DNA from: the human T2T-CHM13v2.0 reference genome, Homo sapiens
NCBI RefSeq assembly: GCF_009914755.1
Contig: NC_060948.1
Strand: one strand, 5' to 3'
Length of the DNA: 64,000 nt
A model generated the notes under the pieces. That model ran no database searches. It saw only the letters and a program-made list of their open reading frames with translations, and was not told where the DNA came from. Made by a program: the position numbers and the translations under genes. Below are positions 52,882 through 64,000 of the stretch, one piece after another (position 1 is the first letter of the stretch; every line of letters begins with the position of its first letter).

Positions 52882-54986
52882 AGATCCATCTTTTTTAAAT
52901 GAAAAAAAATTTCAAAGGTACTCTGCTTGGTACAATAATCAAATGTATAAACTGAGGAATAAAACATAACCATGAAACCTACTTATAACTGCATATGGAA
53001 AATACAGAGGATAATTTTTTAAATAACATATTTTGAAAGCCTTAACTAGTAATTTGAAGAGCTGGCATTTGAAAGGCCAGTATGAATATACCTTCAAAGC
53101 AGCAACACAGGTTCCCCATGAGAAAAAGCAAACACAGGGAAAATAAAACCACAAAGGTTCAATCTCTTCTGACCTTTGAAAGACACAGCACAGACAGTGG
53201 TCCTTAGGACGAAGAGCAGGAGACCCCTAATTCCGTCACCATGGCGATAGGGCATAAACATTGCTGGGTGAGGGCACAATCCACATTGTGAGGTCCAACT
53301 GCTGCCAGGAAGACAGGAGTGCTTTTACATAGACCGAAAGGTCATTGAAGGCTCAGAGTTTTCTTTCAAGAACTGAATCCCAAGCCCACACGTTATTAGG
53401 CTGCGCTTCTTAAAACAAGTTATGAGATGGGAAAAAGGGCACCCACAAACATACGTATACATTATGTATATAATAATATACAGTATCATATATATAATAT
53501 ATATAACCTATGTATAATATTGTTTTACATCCTGCATCTTATGTTATATATATTGTATAAAATATAATAATTGATAATATATAAGTTTTATAATTATACA
53601 ATATGACATATAGTATATATTATAATTTATGACATATATAATATATGTTATATGTCATATATAGAATATATTATACGGTTAATATACGTATTAAATATAA
53701 ATTATACATTATATATATTATATATAATATATCTGTTATATATAATACCCATTATGCATAATATATATATTATGTCTATGTTATATATAGTATAAAACAA
53801 CATATAATAATATATAATTGTATATATAAAATGCGACATATAATATATATTATATTTTATTACATATGTAATATATATTATATATTATATATAATACGTT
53901 GTATGTATAATACCTATATTAAATATATATTATATGACTATGTTATTAATTACATGTCACATGCGTTATATATTATATATTTTACATAGAATATACCGGT
54001 TACATACAATATATACTATGTTACCTATAATGTATAATTTATTACATGTAAAATAAAGAATGCAATATATTATGTAAAATTTATAATATACCATATGTGG
54101 AATGTGATATATATAACATATAATATATGATATATGATGTACAGTATAAGATATATAACATACAATATATGATTCCTAATATATATGGTATACAATATAT
54201 ATTTTATGTTATGTATTCTATATGTTTTATATTCTGTTATATATAACTATTTGAAATTATATATAACTGTATAATATTTTATGTAAATATGTAATATAAT
54301 ATATATAACTATATAATATATTATATATAACTATATATTATGTTATATATACTTTTATAACATAATTTACATAAAATATCATAATATAATATATATTATA
54401 TTATTTCATATTACATAATATATATTACATATCACCCAATATAACTAACATACCTAATATTATAATATAGATTATATTATGTTATATTAAATATCATATA
54501 TATCATGTATCATATATTCTATAATATATATTACACCTTATATAATATGTATGTTGTCTATTATGTGATATATATAACTATATATATAATTATATTTTTA
54601 TACATATAACTAGATAAACATGTAATTCTACATATTTCCATTTATAATATGTAGAATTATATAATCATATATAATTATTTATATTCTATAAAAAATTTTA
54701 TCATTATATAAATTATAATATATAAAAATTATAATATGTACTACAAATATATATATTATATATCATATATGATATAGTACCTTTGTTATATATCATAATA
54801 CATATAAATGTGTATTATGTTATCTATAATTATATAATTTCATATATAAGATGTATAATATGTATCATATATTATATATGTTATGTAATATATATAGTAT
54901 ATATAAGATGACACAGGATAAATATTATATACTATGACATATAAAATATATGAGGTTATATGTTACATATAAGGCATAGCACATAA

Positions 54987-55301
<315 letters not shown>

Positions 55302-57406
55302 AGATCCATCTTTTTTAAATGAAAAAAAATTTCAAAGGTACTCTGCTTGGTACAATAATCAAATGTATAAACTGAGGAATAAAACATAACCATGAAACCT
55401 ACTTATAACTGCATACGGAAAATACAGAGGATAATTTTTTAAATAACATATTTTGAAAGCCTTAACTAGTAATTTGAAGAGCTGGCATTTGAAAGGCCAG
55501 TATGAATATACCTTCAAAGCAGCAACACAGGTTCCCCATGAGAAAAAGCAAACACAGGGAAAATAAAACCACAAAGGTTCAATCTCTTCTGACCTTTGAA
55601 AGACACAGCACAGACAGTGGTCCTTAGGACGAAGAGCAGGAGACCCCTAATTCCGTCACCATGGCGATAGGGCATAAACATTGCTGGGTGAGGGCACAAT
55701 CCACATTGTGAGGTCCAACTGCTGCCAGGAAGACAGGAGTGCTTTTACATAGACCGAAAGGTCATTGAAGGCTCAGAGTTTTGTTTCAAGAACTGAATCC
55801 CAAGCCCACACGTTATTAGGCTGCGCTTCTTAAAACAAGTTATGAGATGGGAAAAAGGGCACCCACAAACATACGTATACATTATGTATATAATAATATA
55901 CAGTATCATATATATAATATATATAACCTATGTATAATATTGTTTTACATCCTGCATCTTATGTTATATATATTGTATAAAATATAATAATTGATAATAT
56001 ATAAGTTTTATAATTATACAATATGACATATAGTATATATTATAATTTATGACATATATAATATATGTTATATGTCATATATAGAATATATTATACGGTT
56101 AATATACGTATTAAATATAAATTATACATTATATATATTATATATAATATATCTGTTATATATAATACCCATTATGCATAATATATATATTATGTCTATG
56201 TTATATATAGTATAAAACAACATATAATAATATATAATTGTATATATAAAATGCGACATATAATATATATTATATTTTATAACATATGTAATATATATTA
56301 TATATTATATATAATACGTTGTATGTATAATACCTATATTAAATATATATTATATGACTATGTTATTAATTACGTGTCACATGTGTTATATATTATATAT
56401 TTTACATAGAATATACCGGTTACATACAATATATACTATGTTACCTATAATGTATAATTTATTACATGTAAAATAAACAATGCAATATATTATGTATAAT
56501 TTATAATATACAATATGTGGAATGTGATATATATAACATATAATATATGATATATGATATACAGTATATGATATATAACATACAATATATGATTCCTAAT
56601 ATATATGGTATACAATATATATTTTATGATATGTATTCTATATGTTTTATATTCTGTTATATATAACTATTTGAAATTATATATAACTGTATAATATTTT
56701 ATGTAAATATGTAATATAATATATATAACTATATAATATATTATATATAACTATATATTATGTTATATATACTTTTATAACATAATTTACATAAAATATC
56801 ATAATATAATATATATTATATTATTTCATATTACATAATATATATTACATATCACCCAATATAACTAACATACATAATATTATAATATAGATTATATTAT
56901 GTTATATTAAATATCATATATATCATGTATCATATATTCTATAATATATATTACACATTATATAATATGTATGTTGTCTATTATGTGATATATATAACTA
57001 TATATATAATTATATTTTTATACATATAACTAGATAAACATGTAATTCAACATATTTTCATTTATAATATGTAGAATTATAAAATCATATATAATTATTT
57101 ATATTCTATAAAAAATTTTATCATTATATAAATTATAATATATAAAAATTATAATATGTACTACAAATATATATATTATATATCATATATGATATAGTAC
57201 CTTTGTTATATTTCATAATACATATAAATGTGTATTATGTTATCTATAATTATATAATTTCATATATAAGATGTATAATGTGTATCATATATTATATATG
57301 TTATGTAATATATATAGTATATATAAGATGACACAGGATAAATATTATATACTATGACATATAAAATATATGAGGTTATATGTTACATATAAGGCATAGC
57401 ACATAA

Positions 57407-57721
<315 letters not shown>

Positions 57722-59824
57722 AGATCCATATTTTTTAAATGAAAAAAAATTTCAAAGGTACTCTGCTTGGTACAATAATCAAATGTATAAACTGAGGAAT
57801 AAAACATAACCATGAAACCTACTTATAACTGCATATGGAAAATACAGAGGATAATTTTTTAAATAACATATTTTGAAAGCCTTAACTAGTAATTTGAAGA
57901 GTTGGCATTTGAAAGGCCAGTATGAATATACCTTCAAAGCAGCAACACAGGTTCCCCATGAGAAAAAGCAAACACAGGGAAAATAAAAACACAAAGGTTC
58001 AATCTCTTCTGACCTTTGAAAGACACAGCACAGACAGTGGTCCTTAGGACGAAGAGCAGGAGACCCCTAATTCCGTCACCATGGCGATAGGGCATAAACA
58101 TTGCTGGGTGAGGGCACAATCCACATTGTGAGGTCCAACTGCTGCCAGGAAGACAGGAGTGCTTTTACATAGACCGAAAGGTCATTGAAGGCTCAGAGTT
58201 TTGTTTCAAGAACTGAATCCCAAGCCCACACGTTATTAGGCTGCGCTTCTTAAAACAAGTTATGAGATGGGAAAAAGGGCACCCACAAACATACGTATAC
58301 ATTATGTATATAATAATATACAGTATCATATATATAATATATATAACCTATGTATAATATTGTTTTACATCCTGCATCTTATGTTATATATATTGTATAA
58401 AATATAATAGTTGATAATATATAAGTTTTATAATTATACAATATGACATATAGTATATATTATAATTTATGACATATATAATATATGTTATATGTCATAT
58501 ATAGAATATATTATACGGTTAATATACGTATTAAATATAAATTATACATTATATATATTATATATAATATATCTGTTATATATAATACCCATTATGCATA
58601 ATATATATATTATGTCTATGTTATATATAGTATAAAACAACATATAATAATATATAATTGTATATATAAAATGCGACATATAATATATATTATATTTTAT
58701 AACATATGTAATATATATTATATATTATATATAATACGTTGTCTGTATAATACCTATATTAAATATATATTATATGACTATGTTATTAATTACATGTCAC
58801 ATGTGTTATATATTATATATTTTACATAGAATATACCGGTTACATACAATATATACTATGTTACCTATAATGTATAATTTATTACATGTAAAATAAAGAA
58901 TGCAATATATTATGTAAAATTTATAATATACCATATGTGGAATGTGATATATATAACATATAATATATGATATATGATATACAGTATATGATATATAACA
59001 TACAATATATGATTCCTAATATATATGGTATACAATATATATTTTATGATATGTATTCTTTATGTTTTATATTCTGTTATATATAACTATTTGAAATTAT
59101 ATATAACTGTATAATATTTTATGTAAATATGTAATATAATATATATAACTATATAATATATTATATATAACTATATATTATGTTATATATACTTTTATAA
59201 CATAATTTACATAAAATATCATAATATAATATATATTATATTATTTCATATTACATAATATATATTACATATCACCCAATATAACTAACATACATAATAT
59301 TATAATATAGATTATATTATGTTATATTAAATATCATATATATCATGTATCATATATTCTATAATATATATTACACATTATATAATATGTATGTTGTCTA
59401 TTATGTGATATATATAACTATATATAATTATATTTTTATACATATAACTAGATAAACATGTAATTCTACATATTTTCGTTTATAATATGTAGAATTATAT
59501 AATCATATATAATTATTTTTATTCTATAAAAAATTTTATCATTATATAAATTATAATATATAAAAATTATAATATGTACTACAAATATATATATTATATA
59601 TCATATATGCTATAGTACCTTTGTTATATATCATAATACATATAAATGTGTATTATGTTATCTATAATTATATAATTTCATATATAAGATGTATAATGTG
59701 TATCATATATTATATATGTTATGTAATCTATATAGTATATATAAGATGACACAGGGTAAATATTATATACTATGACATATAAAATATATGAGGTTATATG
59801 TTACATATAAGGCATAGCACATAA

Positions 59825-60139
<315 letters not shown>

Positions 60140-62242
60140 AGATCCATATTTTTTAAATGAAAAAAAATTTCAAAGGTACTCTGCTTGGTACAATAATCAA
60201 ATGTATAAACTGAGGAATAAAACATAACCATGAAACCTACTTATAACTGCATATGGAAAATACAGAGGATAATTTTTTAAATAACATATTTTGAAAGCCT
60301 TAACTAGTAATTTGAAGAGTTGGCATTTGAAAGGCCAGTATGAATATACCTTCAAAGCAGCAACACAGGTTCCCCATGAGAAAAAGCAAACACAGGGAAA
60401 ATAAAAACACAAAGGTTCAATCTCTTCTGACCTTTGAAAGACACAGCACAGACAGTGGTCCTTAGGACGAAGAGCAGGAGACCCCTAATTCCGTCACCAT
60501 GGCGATAGGGCATAAACATTGCTGGGTGAGGGCACAATCCACATTGTGAGGTCCAACTGCTGCCAGGAAGACAGGAGTGTTTTTACATAGACCGAAAGGT
60601 CATTGAAGGCTCAGAGTTTTGTTTCAAGAACTGAATCCCAAGCCCACACGTTATTAGGCTGCGCTTCTTAAAACAAGTTATGAGATGGGAAAAAGGGCAC
60701 CCACAAACATACGTATACATTATGTATATAATAATATACAGTATCATATATATAATATATATAACCTATGTATAATATTGTTTTACATCCTGCATCTTAT
60801 GTTATATATATTGTATAAAATATAATAGTTGATAATATATAAGTTTTATAATTATACAATATGACATATAGTATATATTATAATTTATGACATATATAAT
60901 ATATGTTATGTGTCATATATAGAATATATTATACGGTTAATATACGTATTAAATATAAATTATACATTATATATATTATATATAATATATCTGTTATATA
61001 TAATACCCATTATGCATAATATATATATTATGTCTATGTTATATATAGTATAAAACAACATATAATAATATATAATTGTATATATAAAATGCGACATATA
61101 ATATATATTATATTTTATAACATATGTAATATATATTATATATTATATATAATATGTTGTATGTATAATACCTATATTAAATATATATTATATGACTATG
61201 TTATTAATTACATGTCACATGTGTTATATATTATATATTTTACATAGAATATACCGGTTACATACAATATATACTATGTTACCTATAATGTATAATTTAT
61301 TACATGTAAAATAAAGAATGCAATATATTATGTAAAATTTATAATATACCATATGTGGAATGTGATATATATAACATATAATATATGATATATGATATAC
61401 AGTATATGATATATAACATACAATATATGATTCCTAATATATATGGTATACAATATATATTTTATGATATGTATTCTATATGTTTTATATTCTGTTATAT
61501 ATAACTATTTGAAATTATATATAACTGTATAATATTTTATGTAAATATGTAATATAATATATATAACTATATAATATATTATATATAACTATATATTATG
61601 TTATATATACTTTTATAACATAATTTACATAAAATATCATAATATAATATATATTATATTATTTCATATTACATAATATATATTACATATCACCCAATAT
61701 AACTAACATACATAATATTATAATATAGATTATATTATGTTATATTAAATATCATATATATCATGTATCATATATTCTATAATATATATTACACATTATA
61801 TAATATGTATGTTGTCTATTATGTGATATATATAACTATATATAATTATATTTTTATACATATAACTAGATAAACATGTAATTCTACATATTTTCGTTTA
61901 TAATATGTAGAATTATATAATCATATATAATTATTTATATTCTATAAAAAATTTTATCATTATATAAATTATAATATATAAAAATTATAATATGTACTAC
62001 AAATATATATATTATATATCATATATGCTATAGTACCTTTGTTATATATCATAATACATATAAATGTGTATTATGTTATCTATAATTATATAATTTCATA
62101 TATAAGTTGTATAATATGTATCATATATTATATATGTTATGTAATATATATAGTATATATAAGATGACACAGGATAAATATTATATACTATGAGATATAA
62201 AATATATGAGGTTATATGTTACATATAAGGCATAGCACATAA

Positions 62243-62557
<315 letters not shown>

Positions 62558-64000
62558 AGATCCATATTTTTTAAATGAAAAAAAATTTCAAAGGTACTCT
62601 GCTTGGTACAATAATCAAATGTATAAACTGAGGAATAAAACATAACCATGAAACCTACTTATAACTGCATATGGAAAATACAGAGGATAATTTTTTAAAT
62701 AACATATTTTGAAAGCCTTAACTAGTAATTTGAAGAGCTGGCATTTGAAAGGCCAGTATGAATATACCTTCAAAGCAGCAACACAGGTTCCCCATGAGAA
62801 AAAGCAAACACAGGGAAAATAAAACCACAAAGGTTCAATCTCTACTGACCTTTGAAAGACACAGCACAGACAGTGGTCCTTAGGACGAAGAGCAGGAGAC
62901 CCCTAATTCCGTCACCATGGCGATAGGGCATAAACATTGCTGGGTGAGGGCACAATCCACATTGTGAGGTCCAACTGCTGCCAGGAAGATAGGAGTGCTT
63001 TTACATAGACCGAAAGGTCATTGAAGGCTCAGAGTTTTCTTTCAAGAACTGAATCCCAAGCCCACACGTTATTAGGCTGCGCTTCTTAAAACAAGTTATG
63101 AGATGGGAAAAAGGGCACCCACAAACATACGTATACATTATGTATATAATAATATACAGTATCATATATATAATATATATAACCTATGTATAATACTGTT
63201 TTACATCCTGCATCTTATGTTATATATATTGTATAAAATATAATAATTGATAATATATAAGTTTTATAATTATACAATATGACATATAGTATATATTATA
63301 ATTTATGACATATATAATATATGTTATATGTCATATATAGAATATATTATACGGTTAATGTACGTATTAAATATAAATTATACATTATATATATTATATA
63401 CAATATATCTGTTATATATAATACACATTATGCATAATATATATATTATGTCTATGTTATATATAGTATAAAACAACATATAATAATATATAATTGTATA
63501 TATAAAATGCGACATATAATATATATTATATTTTATAACATATGTAATATATATTATATATTATATATAATACGTTGTATGTATAATACCTATATTAAAT
63601 ATATATTATATGACTATGTTATTAATTACATGTCACATGTGTTATATATTATATATTTTACATAGAATATACCGGTTACATACAATATATACTATGTTAC
63701 CTATAATGTATAATTTATTACATGTAAAATAAAGAATGCAATATATTATGTATAATTTATAATATACCATATGTGGAATGTGATATATATAACATATAAT
63801 ATATGATATATGATATACAGTATATGATATATAACATACAATATATGATTCCTAATATATATGGTATACAATATATATTTTATGATATGTATTCTATATG
63901 TTTTATATTCTGTTATATATAACTATTTGAAATTATATATAACTGTATAATATTTTATGTAAATATGTAATATAATATATATAACTATATAATATATTAT

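Overview
The whole 64-kb window is one uninterrupted head-to-tail tandem array of a ~2.42-kb unit: 26 complete copies plus a partial 27th, all in the same orientation and differing only by scattered SNPs and five small indels. Each unit has three parts: a ~1.55-kb degenerate TA-rich block, a diverged 5'-truncated Alu on the minus strand, and a ~0.57-kb higher-GC segment. This architecture, the unit length and the predicted ~2.15-kb HaeIII fragment identify it as human DYZ2 / HSat1B satellite, most likely Yq12 heterochromatin. There are no credible protein-coding or RNA genes, and I do not see a novel enzymatic or defence system. The unexplained structure is in the variants. They define unit subtypes arranged in nested higher-order repeats (an 8-unit/19,358-bp duplication and a 3-unit/7,260-bp period), with chimeric units, apparent gene-conversion tracts and more private mutations towards the right end. 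Units are numbered from the motif CGTCACCATG: u1 1, u2 2421, u3 4841, u4 7261, u5 9681, u6 12101, u7 14518, u8 16938, u9 19356, u10 21776, u11 24196, u12 26616, u13 29036, u14 31456, u15 33876, u16 36296, u17 38714, u18 41134, u19 43554, u20 45974, u21 48394, u22 50814, u23 53234, u24 55654, u25 58074, u26 60492, u27 62910 (partial). Variants were read by eye, so the lists may be incomplete.
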